Assembly: GCA_965202585.1 (NCBI GenBank)
Contig: OZ241830.1
Span: 69,874,001-69,938,000 of the forward strand
Reading direction: 5' to 3'
DNA length: 64,000 nt
Origin: Thalia democratica
Lineage: Eukaryota
In this document: one piece after another, positions 1 through 11,700 of the stretch
Layout of the letters: each line of letters starts with the position of its first letter
How positions within the stretch are numbered: the stretch's first letter is position 1
Made by a program: the position numbers and the translations under genes
Notes under the pieces: model-generated
What the model was told of the DNA's origin: nothing
What the model saw: only the letters and a program-made list of their open reading frames with translations
The model's database searches: none

Positions 1-2385
1 TGAATTGACACAGCAATTACTAATTTGCTTCATCTGGGCAGGTTTAACATAAATCCTTTGTCTTGTTTTGTTACGACCAAATGGAAGCAAATCTTTTATG
101 TCGATGATTTAACACAGATCATGCAACTGCTATATATAAAACACTTTCACTTTACAAGTAAAAATTTTCAATAAACTAAAGTTTTGTTTTGTTGATTTCT
201 TTTTGTTGAAAACATCAATAAAACTTAATTTATATATACTAATCATATTTGTGCTTAAGAGGAAGGGAATTTTTTAGAGTAATCAATTTTGATTAAGGAT
301 TGCAGATTTGGAATTCTATCTATACTGTTATGTATTAAATCGCCTCAGGTTGAGTCATTTTAATGTAGTTGACAAATTTGAACGAACTTATAAAGAGTTA
401 TTATTAAACACTTACAAGATTGCTATGATTCTTTATGTTAAAAAGAGTTTCGATGACTATGTTTTTTTTTTTTTTTTTTTTAAATTTTAGCTGTGTGTAA
501 GTTTTTGTTCTAGATACTGAAAAAAAGGATACTTGTGTATTGATAGAAGAATACATTAATATCAAACAGTTTTTCTTGGACAATATTTAAAACCACACGA
601 AACGAAAGATTAATTGCGAAATATTTGGTATGCAGTATGTGGTAGTTATATCTGTGTACTTTTTGTTAAGTGCAAAAGAAAAGTGTTCAATGATTTTTCG
701 TATCTAGATTTTTTGTTTTTTAAATAAAATATATACATATATATAATTTTAAATGATTATTTTTTTATGTTTACACTATATTTTACATATTTTCTAAACC
801 AAAAATTTGTTTTCTAATTTATTAAAAACTTTGATTGACACATGCTTTTAAAAGCATAACCTTTATGTTTTGTGTCAATTGTTAACAATACGTTTGTTTC
901 TGTAATTCAATTTTCTGCCGTGAAAAAAGTTTTTTTTTACGAAAACAATTGAAGCTTAAAAAAAAATTGTTTTTACAACGGCTCATAATGATGTTATACA
1001 CTTTTCTACAACTTTTCTTAATTTACTCCTAAGACACAAAAGAGGTAACAAATATTTTTCTGATCTATTTAAGTAGTAATACACTTAAATTTTATTTAAA
1101 TAAAATCAACTAATTTTATATTTTAGCAACAAACAAAAGGTGACTATTTACGCTCGATAAAAGAATTTTATCTATAGTTTTAACAAGTAGAAGTTTTATG
1201 ACAGTTTTATTGCAGTTAAGTGACAAAAATATTTGTATTAAGACAGCACCTAAGTAGTAACAGTCAAACAAAAAGCTTTATTAATATAAAACCGTAAATA
1301 ACTTGTCACTACCAGATTTTTGTTATGCGCAGTTAAATTAATAGAAAGCATACAAGTTATCTTTTTGGCAGAAGATTTTTATGAAAAACCTTTTTTTGTC
1401 TTTTGTGTCTTGATAGCATTATGAAACTTCGGGCCTTAAGATATTCTTGATCAATTTTGTTATACCATTTACTTTACAAAGTTTAGACGTAAACAGCTTG
1501 TCAATATAGAAGTTTAGTGAGCACATCTTGTTCCAACTAATAATTTAAAACATAATCAAACTCATTTCTGTATATTAGAATGGTTAGTTAACGACAGTTT
1601 ATTTTTTTTAAATGGTAAAATAAAAAGCTTTTTTTTTTGTTTTTTGCGATTAGGTTTTGTAATGTTTGCTCAGTACATAGCGATGAAACTATTTAATTTT
1701 TGTCAAGAATTATGTTTATAAACATGTCAAGTTTCTTATCACTTGTCTTTTCTTAAGTCATCTCTTTTGTTGTCTTTTATCCATAGCGCCGGCAAAAATT
1801 CCTCTCAAGTTAAGCGAGAAATACATCAAAAAACTCTTAAAAAATATTGATAACATTATTATTTAAAAAAGTTAATAAGTTTTGAGGGCTTAAATAATTG
1901 CAAAGAGTTATGAAAACAAAAGTGTATGTGTTTACTGTGTCAAAAATATTTACTTTATTTCAGTTTTTACTTTAATTTTAAACTTCTAAAGAAACATTAG
2001 AGTTGTACAGACACAAGATTACAACTTTTAGTAATGTAAAGTACATGTTTCTGAAATGAAATTTATATATTTTATTTTAAAACATTGTATAAAGAAACAC
2101 TATATGCTTTTCGAGTAAAGTAAAAGAAAGTGATTCAACTATTACTTAGCTGTTGTATAAGTTTTTTGGAAAAAGGTTATCTAAACAGCTCATAATTTTA
2201 AAGCTGTGAGTTTTTTATAACTCTGAAAATAAACTGCTTAGAAATAATATCTAAGACATAACAAATGTTACATACATTTTTTTGCTACCACAAAGAGACC
2301 AACACAATAGATAAAACGTTATGGTATCATAATTTATTTTTAAAGCTCTTAAGTAGACTGCTAGTTTCATGTCGTCTTTTTTCAG

Positions 2386-2404
2386 CTTATAACAGTACTA
2401 AGTC
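2386..2404 (+). other. Putative 19-nt non-coding 5' UTR exon followed by a 56-nt intron (2405-2460)
   Basis: ttttttcag|19 nt|GTAAGT ... atcag|ATG; identical layout in B (63430-63412, intron 63411-63356). Confidence 0.45.
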
Positions 2405-2460
2405 GTAAGTAAATTTGAACTTTGATCAAATTTCACCCAACCTGCGTCATCTAATATCAG

Positions 2461-2740
2461 ATGACAGCCTCTCAGCAGGCCGTCCAATTGTCAGGAGACC
2501 TTCCGGATTGTCAGAGACCACCGGAAAGTCAGGACACCTTTGATTGGAATAATTTTGACGACTGCTCGGTAGGCAGTAGTTCCCAGGGCTACTTCTCACC
2601 TGGGTACCAAAAAGGGGAAAACACCGGAAGCGAGACAGAGGGACAAGTTTCAAGTCAGGGGATGTCGAGTAGGTCAAGTCATACTGTGATAAAAGGAAAA
2701 TTTCCTAAAAATACTGACAACTCGAAACAAAGTAAAAGAG
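2461..2740 (+). CDS. Isl: Islet A coding exon 1 (Ser/Gly/Gln-rich N-terminal extension)
   Basis: ATG at 2461 with in-frame TAA at 2452; donor AGAG|GTGAAT, phase 1 matches exon 2; frame kept in copy B through a 15-nt indel. Confidence 0.8.
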
Positions 2741-5700
2741 GTGAATATTGATAATTTAAAAGTATTTCTTTTCTACTTTTTAGTTTTAGCACGTTTTAAA
2801 ATACTTTATTAAGGTCATTAAAAATTAAAAATGTAAACTGTACTTATACTTAGGTCCTTAAACTTACTAATTTTGTTTTTTAAATTGAGGTATCTAGTTT
2901 TTATATACTAGTATTTTTTAATGTGTTTAACAAGAACATTTTATTTTGTTAGTTTTTAATAAAAATTTTGGAGTTCAACTAGAGGACAGAACTTATTGAG
3001 ATACGGGTCTAAAAGATAAAAAAAACATTTAATTTCTTCAATTTAATTATTTTTTAAATCGAAACATTAGTTTCAGCCGCAATGAACCAACAAATTTGAT
3101 TGTTTTTAAAACTAAGTTACATCTAAACAAAAATAACATTGAAATTATCGGCTAGTTGTCAAATAAGCACGAAAGGACAGCTTCGCACGAAGAAAGTTTT
3201 GCAAGAACACACTTTTGCAAGGGTTTAAAATCAAGGATTTTAACTTTGTTTTATTAGTTTCTATTTTTCATTTGTATAATGTTTTGATATTTACTATCAC
3301 TGTTAGCTCTAACCCTTACCCTCGGTCGGTATTTTTATTTTCATTTTGATTTTTGAATCAATTTTTTTTTGTGATTTTGTTCTAACCTTTTTTTTTATTT
3401 TTAAAATACTCTTTTTTGTTTTACTATCACTGCTACCCCTAACCCTTACCCTCGGTCAGTAACTTTATTTTATTTAATTTTCTGTTATTTTACTAACTTT
3501 TATTATTATTTTTTTTTAATGTTTTTAATTTTTATAGTTTTTGTACTGTCGTGCATTAGTAACCCTCGTGAAAAATGTTAAATCGTGAAAAAGTCTCTTC
3601 GTTGAGAAATATGTCCCTTTGTGCTAAAGTGTCCCTTTAAGCATATTTGACCCGTTCTTGAAATTATCAGTATAACAAACGATAAAAATAGGTAAGTTTT
3701 ACATTTTCTGAGACCACAATATTTATTTTAATTATCTCATAGCACTTAAGTATACAGTAACAAACATTAATTAAATTAAAGCGTTCACAATATAAGATTT
3801 CAAAACTTAAAAGAGCTATTTTTAACTAGTCTAAAACAATTAGTCGAGTTAAGTCAAGATAACTTGACCGACATGGAAAAAAATTGGTGGGTGTCTGATT
3901 TTAAAATTTTGTAGTTACAAGTAAAATGTTAAAAAAATGTTAAAAAGAAAAAAAATGCAGTTAATTAAGTAGTTAATACCTTGCAACTACTGGAGAAGGT
4001 GAGTTTTAAAACATTTAGATTATGCTTTTCTATAAAAGAGAACAGCAATTTAACTCGGCGGTTGACCTTATATGAGTTGTAAAGAGGTGATTTAAAAATT
4101 TATTTCGGTGGTCAATTCTCCTGAGTTTTGATAAAGTTAATGAAAAAGCGCACTTAAACTAATAGATAGTTTATAATATTGTTGTGAAAATGTTTAATAG
4201 TATGCAAAACTTTTTAAGTTTTTATTTAAAAAAAAAAACACAATCACAAAAAAAAACCTCTTCAGTATGTCAAAATAATATATTTAATGAATTCAACTTA
4301 TCGAATCAGTTTCATCAAAAAGAAAACATTAAAAAAATATATTAATGTTCAAACTCCTGTTTTTATAATTCTAACAGTAGAGTTTATAATGAAATTATTT
4401 TTAGGACTTGGTATCAGAACTTGCATGGGTTGTGGTCACTTGATCTACGGTCCCTACATCAGCACCTCACATGGGGTCGACTGGCATTCAAAATGTCTCA
4501 AGTGCGCCGCATGTGGTTGCAACCTGGCTGATATGAAGACCTGCTTCGTTAGGGACAACAAACCTTACTGCAAAAACGACTACTTTCAGTTTGTTTGTTT
4601 TCTGTAACATAATAGATTTAAAGCTTAGAAGAGTAAAACACTAGAAAAATTAAACCTACAGTAGTTTAAAACACACAACATAAACATGTCAATAAATTTA
4701 TTTGAAAACTGCTAAGCATTATATCGAGTTAAAAGTTAAAGTAGTTTATTTAAAACAAAATTTATTGAAATTTAAAAAAAAACTTTTAAGTTCTTTGTGT
4801 TAAATAAATTTTTAAAAGTTTTAAAGACAAAATAAAATTTATTTTTTACTATCAATTTTATTAACTTTGCCGTTATGCTTTCGACGCTACAGAAAAAAAT
4901 ATATATTGATAAAATTAATATGCTCCATAAGCAATTAAATTATTTTAAAAACGCAAGTAATACATTGTCGGTTAAAGTATGTTCGGCAAAACTTACGAAC
5001 ATTTTAGTTTTGGCACTGTTAATTGAAAACACCTCTTCAGTTTATGCAGTTAATTCGATGCTTTGAAAAACAAAAGTAAATTTCTCTACTTGTCGAGTTT
5101 ATTTTGTTACTTGACCTAATAAACTGTCGGTTTGATTAACTCACATGTCAAATAAATAAAGTAAAAACGGTAAAACTACAGTGTGTGGTATATGTTTGGG
5201 AATTTTTCAAATTGTTTTGTTAAATTGAAAAAGTTTAGAGAAAGAAATCAAACTGCATGAAAACAAAACAAAACTAAATAGTGTTTTTCTTTTAAAACAA
5301 AATACTTTTAAAATTTTCATTTTTCAAAACTGAAAACTCTAAAGCAAACGATAAACAATATTGTTTAGAAATATAGTTGTAGAATGTTTTATAATAATTG
5401 TTTTTAAGCTTATGTTGATTAAATGAAATATTGTTTTAAAAATAGTCAATATATGCTAAAACTTAACTTTAATTTTTTTTTTTAATTTATCTTTTTTTTT
5501 ATAAAGAACAGTTATGCTATTTTACTAATGATTTCAAAACTTCATACTTAAAATTCGCATATACATAGAAATTATGCAAAGCAAAACTCTTAAATCAGTA
5601 GGTTATAACAGTTTTTAAATTATTATTAATTTTTCATGCTTATGCTTTAGTGCAATAATAAATAATCAATTTAACATGCGATGCAAGAATTCACAATTTT

Positions 5701-8700
5701 AACTAATAAACTCAAAAATATTCATCTTATCATTTTGCTAAATGAATTATTTATGCCTTTTAAGCTTTGGAAAGTCATTTATATTAAATATTAAGAAAAT
5801 TGTTTTTCGTTTTGATACATGCAGTGTTTGCTTTTAACTATATTTTTATCGTAAAACTTATGTAGTTATAAAAATTTAGAATAAAACGAATTGATTTGAA
5901 TAATTAACAGTTCGTTTAATACAAGTGAATTAGTTGTACGTAATTATAAAAATATAATTAATCATTATTTAAAAAAAAAAAACAAAACTAAAAGCTTAAA
6001 ATTCTTAAATTGTTCAGCTATCAAAAACTATCTACGCTAAGTTTAACTATAACATACAAACCAAATTGCCAGTTCTAAATATAAGTTACTGAATCTTACA
6101 ACAGTTGACAGCTTTTGAGTTGAACTAAACTTTTTGACTTAGTTTTTTTCGAAATTTTAAAGATAAAACCTATATTGTACAAAAATTGAATATTTTATGC
6201 TATTTAAATTGTTTTAATTTTAGGCACGAAAGTTCTTTGATTATTAAAAATCTAAGGAGTCCATATTTTACTGTTAAGTATGGTAAGGAAGTACAGTTTA
6301 ATGAGTGTGATAAAAACTTAGAGTCAGCTAAACATAGTCGTAAAAACCTATTTAATTAAAAAAATTTCACAACTTTATTAAAAATTAAATAAAGCGTTCA
6401 CCATTATATAACTCTACGAATTTTAAACGTACATATGATAACAACTTCAAAATGTCCCAAAAGTCTCGATTCCTATTTTTCAGCAATTACGCATGATTAA
6501 GTGTGTTTTACTTTGAATATTAACACTAAAAGCATTTTTTCAATATAAAAGAAATTCGATACTTGTGTGACAAAAAAGTTATAAAAATAAATCCATCATT
6601 TTAAATTCTTATTTTCAATTCACTCGCACTTCTCTGCATGCAAAGCTGTTGTGTGACAGAAAATTGTCTGTTTTGTTGTGTCCCTCTGTCGGCACACTCA
6701 TCAATATTATATAACTTCAAACAAGGGAAAATTTCTTAAACATTCTTTTCTAATTACGATCTTCTGATATATCACAAACTCCACAACTATGACCTTAAAA
6801 AGATCAGTGTTTTTTTCACTTCCGGAAATAATTATTATTAACATTTTACGTCTTTACAAAAACAGTTAAAAATTGAAAATTTAAGTTACAAATAAAACTT
6901 TTTCAGACGTGTTTCAGTTTAATTTGATTTTAAATATTGCCGTACAATTCAAACTCATGACTTTTTTCTAAGTCTTATTTTCAGCTATTTATTCTTAACA
7001 AGTTCATTTACGCTCGCCTATGCATGACATGTAAACCATGGTGTGTTAGAATTTTCACTATTCAGTCAGCTTAAACTGCTAATGTGACGTAACAACAGAA
7101 TACAAAACTCGAGTGCGCTCAGTGGAATGTGTCAATCACTAGTAAACGCCGGTTGTTGCTAGGCAACCTCGCTACAAATTGGGGAGGAGCTATTAAAAAG
7201 TTCCGATCTCACACACGAACCTGACGTCGGCCGACAAGCAACTTGCGACGTCGAATTGAGGCTTGTCTCTATCTCAATTGCTGCTTGCCGACCTTTGAAA
7301 GACTTATTGTAGTGTTTTGCTGCAGACAGTTAAAGAGAAAAATATATCTATATAGAAAAATCAGAAACTGTTAATGGAAGTAATTAATAAATTTTATAAG
7401 GAAATTGTACGATCAAATTACAATTTGTAGTGTTGTAAAGCGACGTTGATATGTATTAAGTTATCGCTTTATATCTCATCGTATGACGTCATAATCAATG
7501 CAGACGACAACTCGTCGACACCAGCCATGAAGTAGAACGAGTCGAGTATGGATTGTCAGAAAAGTTTTTATTTGATTTAAGTCCCTTAAGAACCTTAAAG
7601 AACTTGCATCTCACACAAAAAGTTTGCGTTAAGGTTTTTTAATTAACTTGTGACTACTTGTGCTTTTAAGGTGCTGCTATAATGTAGCTTACAGTTGTCG
7701 TTGTTTGTATGAAGCCAAGATAAACCATAAACACAGTTATAATAAAGAACAAATTACATTTATTAATAGTTAATTAAAACGGTTCGAGATTTCAACTATA
7801 TGATTAAATAGTTGAAGTTTTTACTTGTTTAGTAAGTACTTATGCAGTTTTACTTTTTCATTTTTCTTGTATATTGTCTACTAATCAAATTGAATGTTGC
7901 TTTGAGCTATAAAGTTTATTTAGGAGCTTAAAAAAGTACGTTAGTGTTTTTAGTTATAGTTTTATAGGCTTAAACCAATCTAACTTGTTAACAATTTTAT
8001 CATAATATAATTTCGTTGACGTTGACTAGATATAGAGTAAACAAAAAGTTAAATGAACATTTCTCCTCCAAAACTCGACTCAAGAAATAAAAAAACCATC
8101 TAATTAACTGTTTTTTTTGTAAAATGATACTTTTTAAAATAATTAATAAGCATGTATATTTACAAGTTTAAAGAAATTAATCATTCTATTGTTATTAGCA
8201 CTTTAAACAGACATTAACTGTCTTTTTATTTGCAACTCAGTAGGCAGCCATCGAAAATTCAAGTGACGTCACTCCGAAATGACGTCATGTCTGTTCAGTA
8301 AGTTCAAGTTTGCGACGTTTTTCGAGAAAATATTTTTTTTATGTCGCAATCAATACGTTAATATTTACATGTGAGGACAACTCGATAATTTGTAAGCCTT
8401 GTTGCATATTTTTTCTTAATTTATTTATGTTTATTAGAGTTATTTGGTGAAAAATTTTTTTTATTAAGTTCTTACCTCTTATTTATCAAAAATTTCTGAT
8501 ATTAATTTAAATTAAGTAACTCATGTAGTGCTCATTAAAATACTGGAATCTGTATGTCATTTTTACAATAAAATTAAAAAAAAAAGCACAAAAGTACATA
8601 TTTCAAATTCAAACTGTTTGCTGATAAATTCTATTACTATATGCGTGTGTAAATATAAATAATGTTTAATACCGGTCAGCTGTTCAAAACACGTAACTTC

Positions 8701-11700
8701 ATGTTTCTACTAAAATCACAAAAACTGTCAACTACGTTTATTTTCACCAAAAAAATAGTCATTAAGCATATTAGTGCCGAATTTAGTAAAAATATTTTCG
8801 TCTTTCCGTTTCGTGAATTGTTCGTACAGTGAGCTTTAAACAAAATCTTATCAGTTTTAAAGATAAATTATAGGACTATAAAGTGCCAATCATATTAGAA
8901 AATTTCACTTAAAAATTTACCTGTATAAAATTGGTTATGTATGTGGTAGTTTCTCGATAAATTCTTTAAAGTAAAATGAATATATACAAAGGCAGAATTA
9001 AATATCATACAAAAACTTGATGCTTTTTTTTTTAAATTATCAAGAAAATGTACATTAGTGTTTAAAAAAAGTTTAAGTGAGGAACTACATAAAAGTTTTC
9101 TGTTAATTTTCTCAGATTCTAATACACAACTTTCTAAACTGAATTAGAATCGAATGAGTTCTTTTTATTTTTTTGTAAAACTTATTTAAAAACTAAAAAA
9201 ATCAGAAAACATAGTTAGATGCCGCGAAGTAACAGGATTGTAATAACAACATAAAGTACAAGAAATTGCGGTTTTTGTCTGCTTGAGTCGAGACAGTCGA
9301 CACATGTTATCGACTGCAAATAACTTTGCTTACTTATCACTGTTTCTACACATCGTACTTTCTCATTCAACCGAACTTTGAATTGTTTACATAAATAATA
9401 TTTAAGCTATCGATAAACTTAACATAAAAAAAGATGCATGTCTTAAAATATAGAAATTCTGTTTCAAATTTGGCGCTTGACTTCAATTTACTGAGTTAAA
9501 GGATCAACACATGGCTGAAGAGTTCAGTTTTAATTCTAAACGGTTTTATTTTTCAGTCCAGAACAAATGGACTTTTGATTAATTATTAAATAAATTCCTT
9601 ATATAAAGCTTAAAGACAAATCTCGTTATGACGTCATAATAGCTGTTGAGGTCAGCTGCCAAGTTGTAATGCGGTTCAGCTGACATAAGTATGATTGATT
9701 TCATGCTTTCAATCCGGACTGCGACACTTTCATTTTTAATTACAAGCGTATTTACACAGCAAAATAGATAAAGTGACAAAACGTCACGGGTGCAGTAAAA
9801 ATGTCGTCATTTGATGCAGCAAAGAAATCCTACGGGAGCTCATTGTCAGGAAGTTTGAGCAGCGCATATTCGTGTATTGTCGCGATATACTTAAACATGC
9901 AGACATGTTTCGTGTACATAAGTTCAACCGCTAGTATTTTTCTCAATATTCAGAAAATAATGTTTGGACAGTCTTAGCGTAAAACTAATAAACTTAAAAA
10001 TACAAAAAGCAGTAACAAACGAATAAAACTAAACTTATACATAAAAAAGTTAAAAAAAAATTTATGGAGCGCTAAGAGTATAAACTCAACAAAAAACTGT
10101 GTTTTTAAAGAAGTTTTTAAAACAATATCCAAAGTAAAGTATTTGCAGTTAAGTAGTTATAAAGCTAATAAAAAATCCATTAAGCCATTTACAAAACGAT
10201 ACTTCTAATATTGATTAAGATGTAATAAGAAAAGATAGTTAGAAATACATTAAGTAAAATTAATTAAACCTAATCATAAAACGTTTTAAATATCAAATAA
10301 ATATTTCCTTCTTAAGCCTAGCAAGCAGTAATCAAAGTATCAATTTACAAAATGTTTTAGTTTTATACGTTTCATTTAAAAGTTGAAAATTGTTTTTTAT
10401 TGCAAATATAACTGTTTTATATAATTTTTTTTATAAAACGTTTTGAAACTGATCAACAGCAAGTTATATATACACTTATTACTTAAAAATTAATTATTTA
10501 TTTCAGCTTGTTTGCGCCAAGATGCGCAAAGTGCAAACTTGGACTGATCAAAGGGGATTTGATGATGTCTGTAAGAGATAAAAAGTACCACGTTCAGTGT
10601 TTTAGGTTAGTGAGAACTGTTAAAATAATATCTGATTTGGCATTTTATAGCTTGCCCTTATTTTATGTAAGTGAGCATTATAAGAATACTTGTTTTAAAT
10701 TTAGAAATGTTAAAAAAAAATGATCTAAGTAAATTAGAGGTGATAAAAACATTAATTTATATCTTAACAACATATACAATCTATCATTTAAACTTAATAC
10801 TAAGTAAATAAAGTTAGTTTGAAAGATACTGGCTAAAGTATTTATCACCGTGTTATTTAAAAATATATTGTTTATATGTAGACAATTTGTATCATCTTAT
10901 ACTCACTCTTATACAGTTCAGCACTGATGACTTGAAATTGTCAATATAATTTCTTACTACTTAACAGATGTTACGCTTGTCACAATCAGCTGATACCAGG
11001 AGATTCATTCGTGTGTAACGAAGATGGAAGCATCTACTGCATAAAAGATTACGAAAGAATTTTCAACAATTCAACAGATGACAACAGTATTATTGGTAAG
11101 TCATTTGGTACTTTTTCAAATCTAGTTTTAGTTGATGTATTTAAGAATTCGCCTGATGCAGTTTTTTTATTATTTAGACAAAAAAAATTCAAAACTGTAA
11201 ACGTAGACTAAAAACTTTTTAAGCAGCTTAAACACATTTTTATTATATTTCTAACTCTGTAAACGTAAAATATTTTATTTCTTTAGTTAAACTTTTAGTC
11301 ATAGTTTAGTATTTGAAGTTAATTTCAGTTGTTTATTAATTACTTAAAACATATAAAATGCGAATTAATTTATACTTACTTAAAAATATCAAACATCATC
11401 TAGTTCAGCTAAAACACAATATTTTTTCTACAATTAAGGAACATAATAATTTGATACCGTATTTAAAAAGCAGTTTATTGTAACCTCGTATCTTAAGTTG
11501 ATGCATAAAATCATGCTACTGAAAAGATTTTAGCAGTTTGTAGATATTGAAATCTACACAAACAATTTAAGTTATAAAGTGATGCTGCACCCAACTTTAG
11601 TACCAGAAATTATCGTTTTAACCAGTGATTGACCTCTAATGCATAAGGTTCTAATCAAGTTCAAATAGAAATCACTCATACATAAAAATCTGCACTACCG

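Noticed and set aside
462-481. 20-nt poly-T as a retroelement tail
   Set aside because: No element body or target-site duplication seen; long homopolymers are common throughout the window.
2447-2677. Antisense ORF over exon 1 (and mirror 63124-63345)
   Set aside because: Overlaps a frame-conserved sense exon with matching splice phase; no independent support.
3309-3452. Interstitial telomere array
   Set aside because: Only two imperfect dimers inside a dispersed-type element, not a tandem array.
4589-4604. Alternative exon-2 donor CT|GTAACA at ~4604
   Set aside because: Phase-compatible, but it would insert five residues into the fixed LIM1-LIM2 linker; the upstream CA|GTTTGT preserves canonical spacing. 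Not fully excluded.
9579-9779. ORF whose frame is shared with 27193-27474 and 55900-56010 (SVAVRIES...[14 protein letters not shown])
   Set aside because: All differences among the three copies are replacements in this frame, and the two frames that would make them synonymous contain stops. It is a conserved non-coding element.
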